Below, piece after piece: positions 10,207 through 19,189 of a DNA stretch of 64,000 nucleotides. Numbering within the stretch: the first letter of the stretch is position 1; the number at the start of each line of letters is the position of its first letter. The notes beneath the pieces were generated by a model. That model ran no database searches, was not told the DNA's origin, and saw only the letters and a list, made by a program, of their open reading frames with translations. Position numbers and translations under genes: made by a program. Source of the stretch: an uncultured Gammaproteobacteria bacterium (GTDB lineage Bacteria > Patescibacteriota > Patescibacteriia > UBA1558 > GWA2-36-10). The stretch lies in contig CAZEWH010000002.1 of NCBI GenBank assembly GCA_964515785.1, positions 94,182 through 158,181 of the forward strand, read 5' to 3'.

Positions 10207-10217
10207 ATAGCACCTCC

Positions 10218-10457
10218 TTAACCAAAACGGCTTTGTCTGTATTTGTAGACCATATTTTCAATTTCGCTACTAGAAAAACGTCCACTAGCCTCTAAACCAC
10301 GACGGTATTTATCAGTAGCATTGTCCATGGCTGTAGCAGTGCGTGTATGGCAACTAGAACATAGTCCAACCAAAACAGACATATAACATCTAGTTTCACT
10401 ATATTCTGATTCTGACATCTCTTTACCACAACCTTTACAATGGTGGATTTTGGCCAT
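10218..10457 (-). CDS. Small zinc-ribbon protein
   Basis: MAKIHHCKGCGKEM...CSSCH; RBS aaagggga upstream of the Met at 10457; the ORF-track N-extension is rejected. Confidence 0.4.
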   Translation of the reverse strand: MAKIHHCKGCGKEMSESEYSETRCYMSVLVGLCSSCHTRTATAMDNATDKYRRGLEASGRFSSSEIENMVYKYRQSRFG

Positions 10458-10561
10458 TGTGATTCCCCTTTCTAAAAGAACAGTGTTTAGGCATTTCATA
10501 TTTATCATTTTTATTATTGATTGTCAAATAAAAACCCCCATCAAAAAGATGAGGGTTAGAA

Positions 10562-10934
10562 TTAGTCAGCTGAAGATGGTTTACGGCCTTCTGCTAGATC
10601 GCGTTCAAATATCTCGTCCATCCGAGATAAATATTCTTTGATTGAGATCTGACCTTTTAGAAAGGCTGTTATGAGTTTAAATTCTTCTACAGCTGATGAA
10701 TGTGCTATTGGCAGGCGGTCTGGTTGGTCCACCAATCCTCCTTTGTGGTTTGACGACCTGCTTCTCCCGAACAAGATATTATAATAAAAAAATCCCGTTG
10801 TCAATATCGACAACGGGCGCAGGAATGCCACCATCACCATCAGGGTCGCCATCGGGTGGGGTTTGTTTATCAACGTCTTCAGCACCCTTCATGAGACAAT
10901 CATAAAAGAAATCTTCTCTCTTATAACCAGCCAT
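10562..10934 (-). pseudogene. Gene interrupted by a +1 frameshift at a 7-nt homopolymer (two protein-like frames)
   Basis: Strong RBS aaggaggaaataATG at 10934 opens a 51-codon frame ending at 10779. A second frame with a protein-like C-terminus (…EEFKLITAFLKGQISIKEYLSRMDEIFERDLAEGRKP) continues to 10562. The junction is at A7/T7 (10786-10792), next to a perfect 9-bp hairpin at 10793-10816. Confidence 0.3.
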
Positions 10935-10987
10935 TATTTCCTCCTTAGGAAAAGAACTGTTATTTTAGAATAGCATTTTTTCAGAAA

Positions 10988-11020
10988 ATAAAAAACCCGT
11001 CTAGACGTCTAAACGGGTTT
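10988..11020 (-). terminator. Intrinsic terminator for 11019..11420
   Basis: aacccgt...acgggtt hairpin followed by a T-run on the minus strand. Confidence 0.55.
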
Positions 11021-11420
11021 AAGCTAATTCAACTCTGAAGAGCACTTGGCCATATTCTACAACCTGGCCATTCTCTATCTCAACGGCAATGATTTTGCCA
11101 GTAACTTCTGATTCGATCTCTGTTTCCAGACCTAAAGCTTCAATGAAGCCAGTAATAGTACCTGGTTGAACTTGATCGTCTGTAGTTAGTGGTTTGTCAT
11201 TGTGGCGGAAACGTCCAACTAGAGTTGCCTTGATGACTGTGATTTCTGGTGGCGTTTCAGAAGCCTGTACTGAAGTCTCTGCTACCAAAATGCCTGGTGA
11301 TTTTTTGATGCGCAATTTGCGCCAAAACATCCACCAAGAAGTGACTTCGATTTCTTCGATGTCTTTTCCTTCTTGTAGCATTTTAGCCACCTTAGCTACT
11401 AGATCGGTGTTTTTACTCAT
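11019..11420 (-). CDS. Biotin-carboxyl-carrier-protein-like protein that lacks the biotinyl lysine
   Basis: The N-terminus parallels AccB (DLVAKVAKMLQEGKDIEEIEV). The C-terminal biotinyl/lipoyl hybrid fold is present (…LVGRFRH…GTITGFIEALGLETEIESEVTGKIIAVEIENGQVVEYGQVLFRVE) but EAMKM is replaced by EALGL. No acc partner genes are in the window. Confidence 0.5.
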   Translation of the reverse strand: MSKNTDLVAKVAKMLQEGKDIEEIEVTSWWMFWRKLRIKKSPGILVAETSVQASETPPEITVIKATLVGRFRHNDKPLTTDDQVQPGTITGFIEALGLETEIESEVTGKIIAVEIENGQVVEYGQVLFRVELA

Positions 11421-11525
11421 GTTGTCTCTCCTTGGAAAAGGACTTGTTTGATTAAAAATTATGACAAATTGACGCTTTTGTCAATATATGATAATTTATT
11501 TAGTTCTTTTGAAAGGAGGGTAGAT

Positions 11526-11924
11526 ATGTGCAAGCAAGCAAATGAGCTTGATGTTTTAAAGCCAATTCCTGGTAATGGTGATTTTACTATCATCATCGAA
11601 CCCTCCGAAGAATTCAATTTTGAGGGTGGTTCTAGAACTTTAAGTGATGACAAATCAGCCATCTACGCTTGTGTATTAGAAGTCATGTATCAATTGGGCG
11701 AATTGAAAGCTATCAATTTGCCAGTTGAACTTGATTGGCTTAGAGATCGAGATTTTGAGATTATCAGTTGGGAATCCTCTGATAGAATCTTAAAAGTTCG
11801 TTTGTCTAATCAGGCTTTTGGTCGTACCAGGGACTTAGATGGCAATGGACAGCGTTTGGAGCTTGGTTCTGAGGAAGATAATCTACTCACTAGGTTATTA
11901 AAAGCCTTACTTGGGGAGATCTAA
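11526..11924 (+). CDS. Hypothetical protein
   Basis: RBS aaaggaggg then ATG at 11526; promoter-like region with palindromes upstream; terminator hairpin overlaps the stop (11912-11942). Confidence 0.45.
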   Translation: MCKQANELDVLKPIPGNGDFTIIIEPSEEFNFEGGSRTLSDDKSAIYACVLEVMYQLGELKAINLPVELDWLRDRDFEIISWESSDRILKVRLSNQAFGRTRDLDGNGQRLELGSEEDNLLTRLLKALLGEI

Positions 11925-12005
11925 ACAGATCTCCTCTTTTTATTGACCAAATATTTTATTAATGATAATTTGTAAATATCTCGTACTTTTTAAGGAGGTG
12001 AATCA

Positions 12006-12257
12006 TTGCAACTTCAAACGACAGCTTTTTGCTGGGTAGATGGTGTACGTCTTGATGCTGGGATTAATATTACAGCTTCAAATCAAGAGATTATTGTATT
12101 TGGTCACCCTTTATCAGGAATGGAATTTGATGGCCAAACACTTCGTCTTTTTTCAACAGCTAGTTTTGTTTTTGATATTTCAGATCAAGATCATCAACCA
12201 GACATCCCAACAGCAGTTTTGTATCTCATACTGTCTAATCCAATGCAACTTCAATAA
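12006..12257 (+). CDS. Hypothetical small protein (TTG start)
   Basis: RBS aaggaggtg 6 nt upstream of TTG; bidirectional terminator at 12255-12286. Confidence 0.35.
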   Translation: MQLQTTAFCWVDGVRLDAGINITASNQEIIVFGHPLSGMEFDGQTLRLFSTASFVFDISDQDHQPDIPTAVLYLILSNPMQLQ

Positions 12258-12283
12258 AAAAACAGACTCAGTGGGTCTGTTTT

Positions 12284-13330
12284 TTAATTTATAATCGCAC
12301 TAGCTATAAGTTCATCTTTTTTGTAAATCGCTAGGGTTTGGCCACTAGCTACACCTTTTTGGGATTGTTTGAATTCTACATGGTCTGAGAATAATTTCAT
12401 GCTTTGATCTTCTTGTCTGTATCTAATTTTAGCTTTGGCTTTGAATGGTAGTTTGTATTCTTTTCCTAACCAATGTAAATCATGTATTTTGATATGTTTG
12501 GTATAAAGCTCGTCATCTTCCGATTTGCTGACAATTAGTTTATTATTGTCCAAATCCTTGATAGCTACATACCAAGGGCCTGAGCCGCCAATATTTAGCC
12601 CCTTACGCTGTCCTATAGTGTAATACCAGACTCCTTGGTGCTCACCAAGTTTATTACCGTCTGTATCGACTATATTTCCTGTTTTGGGTTTTATCTGTTG
12701 TTGGAGCCAGGTTTTGAGATCTACTTTGCCCACAAAGCAAATACCTTGACTGTCTTTACGATCTGCATTAGGTAAATTTGCTTGTTTGGCTAGTTCTCTG
12801 ACCTGAGGTTTTTCTAGTTCGCCTATTGGGAATAAAGCTTTAGAAAGCTGCTCTTGAGTAAGACCTGCCAAAAAATAGCTCTGGTCTTTGTTATTATCCA
12901 AACCTTTTAATAAATGATAATTACTTTTGTCTTGTTTTATTCTGGCATAGTGTCCAGTAGCAATTTTATCAAAGCCAAGCTCTAGAGCTTTATTCAAAAA
13001 TAATTTGAATTTTATTTCATTATTACAAAGCACATCAGGATTTGGTGTTTGGCCAGCTTGATAAGTATCAAAAATATATTGCACTATCTTTTTTTGATAA
13101 ATTTCTTCAAAATCAAAAGTCTGAATAGGTATATCCAGTTTAGCAGCCACACGATAAGCTTCTTCTCTGTCTTTGAGCCAAGGACACTCGCCCTTGATAT
13201 TGACTTTGTCAGAAAAGTTTTTCATAAAAGCAGCCTGTACATCATAGCCTTGTTGTTTGAGCAACAAAGCCGCGACAGCACTATCTACACCTCCTGACAG
13301 GCCTACTAATATTTTTTGTTTTTCTAGCAT
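12284..13330 (-). CDS. mnmA: tRNA-specific 2-thiouridylase MnmA
   Basis: PP-loop SGGVDSAVAA at the N-terminus; overall MnmA pattern; 348 aa. Confidence 0.9.
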   Translation of the reverse strand: MLEKQKILVGLSGGVDSAVAALLLKQQGYDVQAAFMKNFSDKVNIKGECPWLKDREEAYRVAAKLDIPIQTFDFEEIYQKKIVQYIFDTYQAGQTPNPDVLCNNEIKFKLFLNKALELGFDKIATGHYARIKQDKSNYHLLKGLDNNKDQSYFLAGLTQEQLSKALFPIGELEKPQVRELAKQANLPNADRKDSQGICFVGKVDLKTWLQQQIKPKTGNIVDTDGNKLGEHQGVWYYTIGQRKGLNIGGSGPWYVAIKDLDNNKLIVSKSEDDELYTKHIKIHDLHWLGKEYKLPFKAKAKIRYRQEDQSMKLFSDHVEFKQSQKGVASGQTLAIYKKDELIASAIIN

Positions 13331-13401
13331 TCTTTACAAAATATTATTTGTTTGTTAAGCTATTTTTGTTTCTTGTTATTTTCATTCAAGGGAGGTAAGA
13401 A

Positions 13402-13671
13402 ATGGATAAAAGACTGGGTATTGTGTTGTTTTTGCTTTTTGGCGTACTTGGTCCGTTGTATCTGGCCATTCAATATGATTTGTTCAATCAAGCCAAAGCA
13501 ATAAGTCCTTTCTTAGGGCTAGTCTCAGTACTAGGCGTAGGTTTTTTGGCCATAGCCTTTGAGATGAAGATCTATCATCTGGTTCATAAACGCACGCCAC
13601 CTGAGCTATTTTCCAGATTTGTCGGACTTATGGCAATACTTTGCCTTTTGTTCCCCAGTGTCAGTTTTTGA
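13402..13671 (+). CDS. Small membrane protein
   Basis: RBS gggaggtaag; 89 aa with 3 hydrophobic helices; terminator at 13681-13710. Confidence 0.4.
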   Translation: MDKRLGIVLFLLFGVLGPLYLAIQYDLFNQAKAISPFLGLVSVLGVGFLAIAFEMKIYHLVHKRTPPELFSRFVGLMAILCLLFPSVSF

Positions 13672-13834
13672 ATTACTATAGCCAATCACAAAGATTGGCT
13701 TTTTATTTATTTTGTATTATTACTAATATAGTATTTATTGCTTATACAGTCAAGAATTGACTTATGTAAGTCAAAAATATAAACTTAGATAGAACAAAAA
13801 CAGTCCTTTCATTCTTTCTCAGAGGGGTCTAGCC

Positions 13835-14236
13835 ATGGCAAAAGTAAATTTGATTACAAGAGAGTTTTCTGTCCGCCTAGTTTTTCCTGACTGGGAAGCA
13901 GCCTGTGGCTTTATGTATGAATTTGGTGAAGCCTTTGCCAAGCAATTCAGAGAAGAAGATCCTGAAATTTTGAAGCCAGTTGATTCGTATTACCACGACA
14001 CTGATGGCTGGCATGTTAAGGTATCTGTTTGTATTGACGCCAAAGACGCTTTACTTGATTTTATCAAGACCTACTGCGACGAAGAGGAGCTAGACTTTTG
14101 TGATGAGGACGCTATCCGAGCCGAACACTTAGCCAAGGTCAACAGAGCCGACAAGTCTGGTAGACGTCCGCCAGCAGAAGATCCTACAGGATCAGACGAA
14201 GATACAGAACCCAAGAAAAAAGATGAGCCTAATTAA
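13835..14236 (+). CDS. Hypothetical acidic protein
   Basis: 133 aa; RBS-like gaggggt; upstream promoter-like TTGACT with palindromic gtcaa/ttgac repeats; terminator at 14246-14276. Confidence 0.4.
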   Translation: MAKVNLITREFSVRLVFPDWEAACGFMYEFGEAFAKQFREEDPEILKPVDSYYHDTDGWHVKVSVCIDAKDALLDFIKTYCDEEELDFCDEDAIRAEHLAKVNRADKSGRRPPAEDPTGSDEDTEPKKKDEPN

Positions 14237-14298
14237 GGCAATTCAAAAACCCAAGATTTTTCACTTGGGTTTTTTTATTCCCGCCAAAGGCGGACAAG

Positions 14299-15792
14299 CT
14301 ATTTGATTTTAAAGATATTAATTTTTTCTAAAGCTTTTTCTGCTAGTTGTAATCTATTTTTATGTCTAGTATAAAGAGTAAATAGTCTTTCGCCTTTTTT
14401 GACTTGATCGCCATATTCTTTATTTAGATAAACACCGGCTAGTTTATCAGCGGGAGCACCCATGATACGAGCAATAGTATTGATTGCTTTATTATCTGTA
14501 AATACTATTTTGCCAGACTTTTTAGCATTAACATATCGTTTATGAGCTGCCAAAACAATTTCATTAGGATTAATATTAGGATTACCACCTTGAGCTTTGA
14601 TAATAGATTGCATCTTTTTCCAAGCAGCACCAGAATCTAAGGCCTTCCAAGCCATTTCAGCACCCTTGCCTTTTTTGGCTTTGCCAGTTAGTTCTAATAA
14701 TTCACCAGCTAAATGGATAGATTTATTGGCTAGATCAGCTGGATAATTATCTTTTTGTTGTAAAACACGCAAGACATCACGAGCCTCAAGAGCTGGGCCA
14801 ACTCCTTTACCTACTGGATCTTCAGTTTTAATCATTATTACTTTTATTTTTATGCCAAATTTTTTGGCAATAAATTTGAATTTGGTTTCCAGTTCTTTAG
14901 CAATCTTCATATTTGGTATCTTGGTAGTGGGACCAACAGGCATATCAATAACTAGATGAGTAACACCCATAGCTACTTTTTTGGCCATAATACTAACTAT
15001 CATTTTGCTATATGGTTCTAAAGATAGTGGATATGATACCTTGAGAATTTTATCATCAGCTGGAGCTAGATTGAGTCCTCCACCCCAAACCAAACAAGTG
15101 CCAGTTTTTTTGACAATTTTTTTTATAGTAGCAGCTTCAAAAGATACTGGAGCCAGTACTTCCATGGTATCAGAAGTACCTGCTGGTGAAGTAATAGCTC
15201 GAGAGGATGTCTTGGGGATAGTAAGACCCAGAGAAGCTATAATAGGAATAGCTACCATACTAGTCCTATTACCAGCCAGACCACCCACAGAGTGTTTGTC
15301 AGCTACCATGCCAGGAAATTTGATAGTTTCACCAGTCTCAGCCATGGCTTTGGTCATATAATACAATTCTTGATTGGTATATTCATGCATAAATCCAGAA
15401 GCTACAAAATAAGTAGTTTCTGTTCTGGTCAAGATACCATTAGCAATGTCAGAAAATATTTGATAATAATCTTTATAGTTCAATCTTTTGCCTAATAATC
15501 TTTTTTTGATAGCTTGAACAGATTTAGCTCTTTGCAAAAAATGAATCTCAACAATAGTATTGGGTTGAATTTTGACTTTTTCCCAAATATCTCTATACAA
15601 ACCAATTTCACCTGGCTTAATTCTTTTTTGACTAGTATTGGCTTCAGCAATTATTTTTTGATTTTGCCAGGAGATACGAATTTTATCACCAGCGCGGATA
15701 CCAAAGCGAATAGCTTCTTCGACATTTAACAAGGCAATATTTGATTGCCCTGTTTTGATGTCCATTTTTTTTATTTTAAGATAATATGGCAT
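14299..15792 (-). CDS. AMP phosphorylase / thymidine phosphorylase family (archaeal-type, about 500 aa)
   Basis: DKHSVGG signature of the TP family; about 100-aa N-terminal extension as in archaeal AMP phosphorylase; glycine-rich phosphate loops. Confidence 0.75.
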   Translation of the reverse strand: MPYYLKIKKMDIKTGQSNIALLNVEEAIRFGIRAGDKIRISWQNQKIIAEANTSQKRIKPGEIGLYRDIWEKVKIQPNTIVEIHFLQRAKSVQAIKKRLLGKRLNYKDYYQIFSDIANGILTRTETTYFVASGFMHEYTNQELYYMTKAMAETGETIKFPGMVADKHSVGGLAGNRTSMVAIPIIASLGLTIPKTSSRAITSPAGTSDTMEVLAPVSFEAATIKKIVKKTGTCLVWGGGLNLAPADDKILKVSYPLSLEPYSKMIVSIMAKKVAMGVTHLVIDMPVGPTTKIPNMKIAKELETKFKFIAKKFGIKIKVIMIKTEDPVGKGVGPALEARDVLRVLQQKDNYPADLANKSIHLAGELLELTGKAKKGKGAEMAWKALDSGAAWKKMQSIIKAQGGNPNINPNEIVLAAHKRYVNAKKSGKIVFTDNKAINTIARIMGAPADKLAGVYLNKEYGDQVKKGERLFTLYTRHKNRLQLAEKALEKINIFKIK

Positions 15793-15805
15793 GGTTTTTA
15801 GAAAA

Positions 15806-17581
15806 TTATAAATCTATTTTTTGTCCAGGCTCAAGGACTTTTTCATTGTTAGATTTTTCTTGTTTAGGTTTTTGGTCTTGTTTTTTAATAGGCTTTTTTT
15901 CTTGCTTCTTATCATCTTTGAAAATTTTATCAGGAGATACTTTGAGAGCATCAGCTAGAGAGATAAAACCTTCATTGTCTTCTTGGATAGCAGGCTGTGG
16001 TGTTTGTTTAGGCTCTTTTTTTGGTTTATTTTTGACCATCTTTATACTAGATGGAGGTGGAATTTTGCCTTCACGCGATAATTCTAGACATTCCCGACAA
16101 TAAATAGGTCTAGTAGGGTCAGGGTCAAAATTAATTTCTGTATCTTTACCGCAAAAAGTACAGTTTACTTTATTGAGTATTTTTGGCTTTGATTTTTTAG
16201 CTGGCCTAGGTTTTTTATTATCTGGTCTGTTATTTTGTCTAGGTGGAGTATAGGCTAGATCTCTAGAAGATTTTGTATTTTGTTCTTCATCTTCACCTTT
16301 ATCTTCACTCCAACGTATAATTTTATCTTCAATAACCTCACGTGGTTTAGCATAACGTTCGCGAGATACATTGATTATTTTGTCACGAGCATTGACATGC
16401 CCTTCAGGAAGCGGTACTGGTGGTAAGGTATTGGCAGAAAATGCCTCAGAAGTAACGCCGTCTATCATTAATTTTAAATAAATTTGAAACTTAGATAAGT
16501 TAACTAGATCTTCTTGAGTAAAAGTAGGGAAAAATTCTTTTTCCAAAGCCTCAGCATCAGCTGCTCCAACTCGAAAAGCCACAATAGTCCCGACATTACC
16601 AAAAACAGCTGCTTGGACTGATTCTTCGACTTGTTCTATATACTGGTGAGCTACAGTCAGATTAAGGCGATATTTACGAGCTTCTGACAAAATATTAGCA
16701 AAAGATTCTGTAGCAAAGTTTTGGAACTCATCAACATATAGATAAAAATCTTTACGTTCATCTTCTGGAGTATCGATACGACTCATAGCAGCTAATTGGA
16801 TTTTGGTAATCATCATAGCGCCTAATAATGCAGAATTATCTTCACCGACTCGGCCTTTTGATAGATTGAGTAATAATATCTTTTCGCCATCCATAATATC
16901 CCGCATAGAAAAACTGGATTTGACTTGACCAAGAATATTACGGATCAAAGCAGAAGATAAAAATCGTCCAACTTTATTTTGAATAGGAGCAATAGCTTCA
17001 GCTTGAAATCTATCAGGATATTTGGAATATTCATCTACCCAAAAAGCTTTTACTACTGGGTCAGATATTTTTTCTATGACTCGTTTGCGGAATGCTTTGT
17101 CAGTCAGCATACGCATAATGCCAAGCAAAGTAGAACCTGGATATTCCAATAAAGCTGAGATAGCGTGATGTAAAACATATTCAAGACGAGGCCCCCAAGA
17201 ATCTGCCCAAATTTTCTTAAATACACCAATCAAGCCAGAAACTACTAAATGACGTTGTTCGATGTTGACAGTTTCTAGAACATTGAAAGCAATTGGAAAA
17301 TCAAGATCAGATGGGTTGAAATAAACAACGTCGTTGATACGATGCTGAGGAATAAAATCTATGACTTTTTCTACCAAATCACCATGAGGATCTATGACTG
17401 CCACGCCTTTATTGTTTTGGATATCTTGGATAATCATATTTTCTAAAACAGTAGATTTTCCCATACCAGTTTTACCAATAAAATACATATGGCGACGTCG
17501 GTCATCAGTTTTTATACCAAATTTTACGCGAGAATTGCGATAATTTGTTTCAGAAAAAATTGTTACTTCGTTATTATCCAT
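15806..17581 (-). CDS. FtsK/HerA/TraG-superfamily P-loop ATPase (T4SS coupling-protein-like, DNA-binding-domain type) with Lys-rich zinc-ribbon tail
   Basis: Walker A YFIGKTGMGKST; Walker B LYVDEFQNF; RKYR and AHQ motifs. The C-terminal approximately 170 aa are K/P-rich with CTFCGK...PIYCRECLE. Paralog of the C-terminal half of 30424..32880. Confidence 0.7.
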   Translation of the reverse strand: MDNNEVTIFSETNYRNSRVKFGIKTDDRRRHMYFIGKTGMGKSTVLENMIIQDIQNNKGVAVIDPHGDLVEKVIDFIPQHRINDVVYFNPSDLDFPIAFNVLETVNIEQRHLVVSGLIGVFKKIWADSWGPRLEYVLHHAISALLEYPGSTLLGIMRMLTDKAFRKRVIEKISDPVVKAFWVDEYSKYPDRFQAEAIAPIQNKVGRFLSSALIRNILGQVKSSFSMRDIMDGEKILLLNLSKGRVGEDNSALLGAMMITKIQLAAMSRIDTPEDERKDFYLYVDEFQNFATESFANILSEARKYRLNLTVAHQYIEQVEESVQAAVFGNVGTIVAFRVGAADAEALEKEFFPTFTQEDLVNLSKFQIYLKLMIDGVTSEAFSANTLPPVPLPEGHVNARDKIINVSRERYAKPREVIEDKIIRWSEDKGEDEEQNTKSSRDLAYTPPRQNNRPDNKKPRPAKKSKPKILNKVNCTFCGKDTEINFDPDPTRPIYCRECLELSREGKIPPPSSIKMVKNKPKKEPKQTPQPAIQEDNEGFISLADALKVSPDKIFKDDKKQEKKPIKKQDQKPKQEKSNNEKVLEPGQKIDL

Positions 17582-17586
17582 AATAT

Positions 17587-19080
17587 TTAGGTCGGTAAGT
17601 TAGTTGGTGGACTGCCTTTTTGTATTGGGGCATCGACAGTAGATGCATCCTTTTTAGGGAATTTATTTTCATAATAATCATTATCAAGATCAAAACTATA
17701 TTCTTCATTTCCCTGATTAGTAGCTAATTGTTTTTTAAGATCAGTTGAAACCATGCCTTTGTCATCAGTCATAGAACTAACTGGTAATGAAGATGGAGCT
17801 TCAGCTTTTTTGGTACTAGTCTTTTGTAATAAAGGAGCTTTGATAAACTTATCAGGGAAATGCCAAATAGTAGCCAATTCTTCTGTATTAAGGATAAAGT
17901 AGTTATGTCCCTTCATCCCACTACGGTATTTATAACCAGCCATAATACGGCGACGTCGTCTAGCAGTGCGCCATTTAATCAAAATATAATGAATAGTGGT
18001 TTTAGTTTTGCTGTCTGGTTTAAAACCATTGAGATCTAAGGCAGTAAATTGTTTGATAGAACCAAAAACTTGAGAAACACAACGAGCAGCACTGTATTTT
18101 TCTAAAGGTGAAATATAAATAAGTCTTATTTTACATTCAAAAGCTATTTTGGAAGCCTTTTTTTCAATAGCTTCAATGGCATTTTTTTCACCCGGTGTCA
18201 GATGTAACATTAGACTAGGTAGATCATTTTTCTTCTCTGCTTCTCCAGCACCACCACCAGATTGTAAAAACATTTCTTCCCCAGAAGATAAAAAGAATAA
18301 CCCAGTAATAGGTGAAATTAATCTTTCCCAAGCGCTTTTTTTGCTTGGTGCAGATTTACCGGCTATTTTGTAGGCTTCAGCCATACTACGCTTGACCCAA
18401 TCAAAACCAGTTGGTTTGACTATAATCTGTATCCAGATTTGTTCCCCTACTTGGATTTTACTCATTGTTTCAAGTAAGGAAGCCATAGGGGTTTTGAATT
18501 CACCAGATACTTGATCTTCAAAGTCTCGATAGGTTTTTATTGGATAGATATCTTTATTAAAAGGGATTACTTCTGTACCCCATATTTTATGAGTTTCATT
18601 TGGATAATTGTCTGGCACAGTATCAATATAATCCTCCACTTCTGTGATTTCAGCATCAGGATATTGAGAATAAATAGAGCTTTCTACCAAATCACGATAT
18701 TGACTTGGTGTTCTGATCAAAAATTGTACATAACCATCAATACTAACAATTTCAAAAGAAAAAGATAATTGAAACATTCCAAACCAGTAGATTTCTTTGG
18801 CACTAAGCGGGGTATGGGCACCGGATAAGGTGGAAAATAGTTGCTCAACGGCTTTTGGGGTTTGTTCAGTGTCTTTGGGTATATCAATAGCTAAAATAAT
18901 AAATTTGTGACTAGAGAACCATTTGCCTTGTTTGTTCATCAACCATAGCTGGAAACTACCCCAAATAATGACTAAAGCAATAATAATCCAACCGCCGTGG
19001 GTAAATAAATACCAAAAAACCTCCAAAGAGCTCATATTGGTTAATTTGTATAATAGTGATAAATCAAAAACTATTTCCAT
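17587..19080 (-). CDS. Membrane-anchored partner protein of the ATPase (homolog of the N-domain of 30424..32880)
   Basis: N-terminal TM helices; the segment KDIYPIKTYRDFEDQ aligns with NDFSLPIKTYQTFEVDP of the fused paralog; 6-bp gap to the ATPase gene. Confidence 0.5.
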   Translation of the reverse strand: MEIVFDLSLLYKLTNMSSLEVFWYLFTHGGWIIIALVIIWGSFQLWLMNKQGKWFSSHKFIILAIDIPKDTEQTPKAVEQLFSTLSGAHTPLSAKEIYWFGMFQLSFSFEIVSIDGYVQFLIRTPSQYRDLVESSIYSQYPDAEITEVEDYIDTVPDNYPNETHKIWGTEVIPFNKDIYPIKTYRDFEDQVSGEFKTPMASLLETMSKIQVGEQIWIQIIVKPTGFDWVKRSMAEAYKIAGKSAPSKKSAWERLISPITGLFFLSSGEEMFLQSGGGAGEAEKKNDLPSLMLHLTPGEKNAIEAIEKKASKIAFECKIRLIYISPLEKYSAARCVSQVFGSIKQFTALDLNGFKPDSKTKTTIHYILIKWRTARRRRRIMAGYKYRSGMKGHNYFILNTEELATIWHFPDKFIKAPLLQKTSTKKAEAPSSLPVSSMTDDKGMVSTDLKKQLATNQGNEEYSFDLDNDYYENKFPKKDASTVDAPIQKGSPPTNLPT

Positions 19081-19189
19081 AATATTATTCTTACTATATT
19101 ATACTATTTTTTTCAGTTTTTTCAAAATAAAAAATAAAAACAACTCAAAGATTTTACGATGAGTTGCTTTTATTAAATTTAGAAATATT

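Noticed and set aside
10530-10556. ccccatcaaaaagatgaggg hairpin as a strong terminator
   Set aside because: The stem is imperfect and short. It is plausibly a weak terminator for 10562..10934, but it is not listed as a confident feature.
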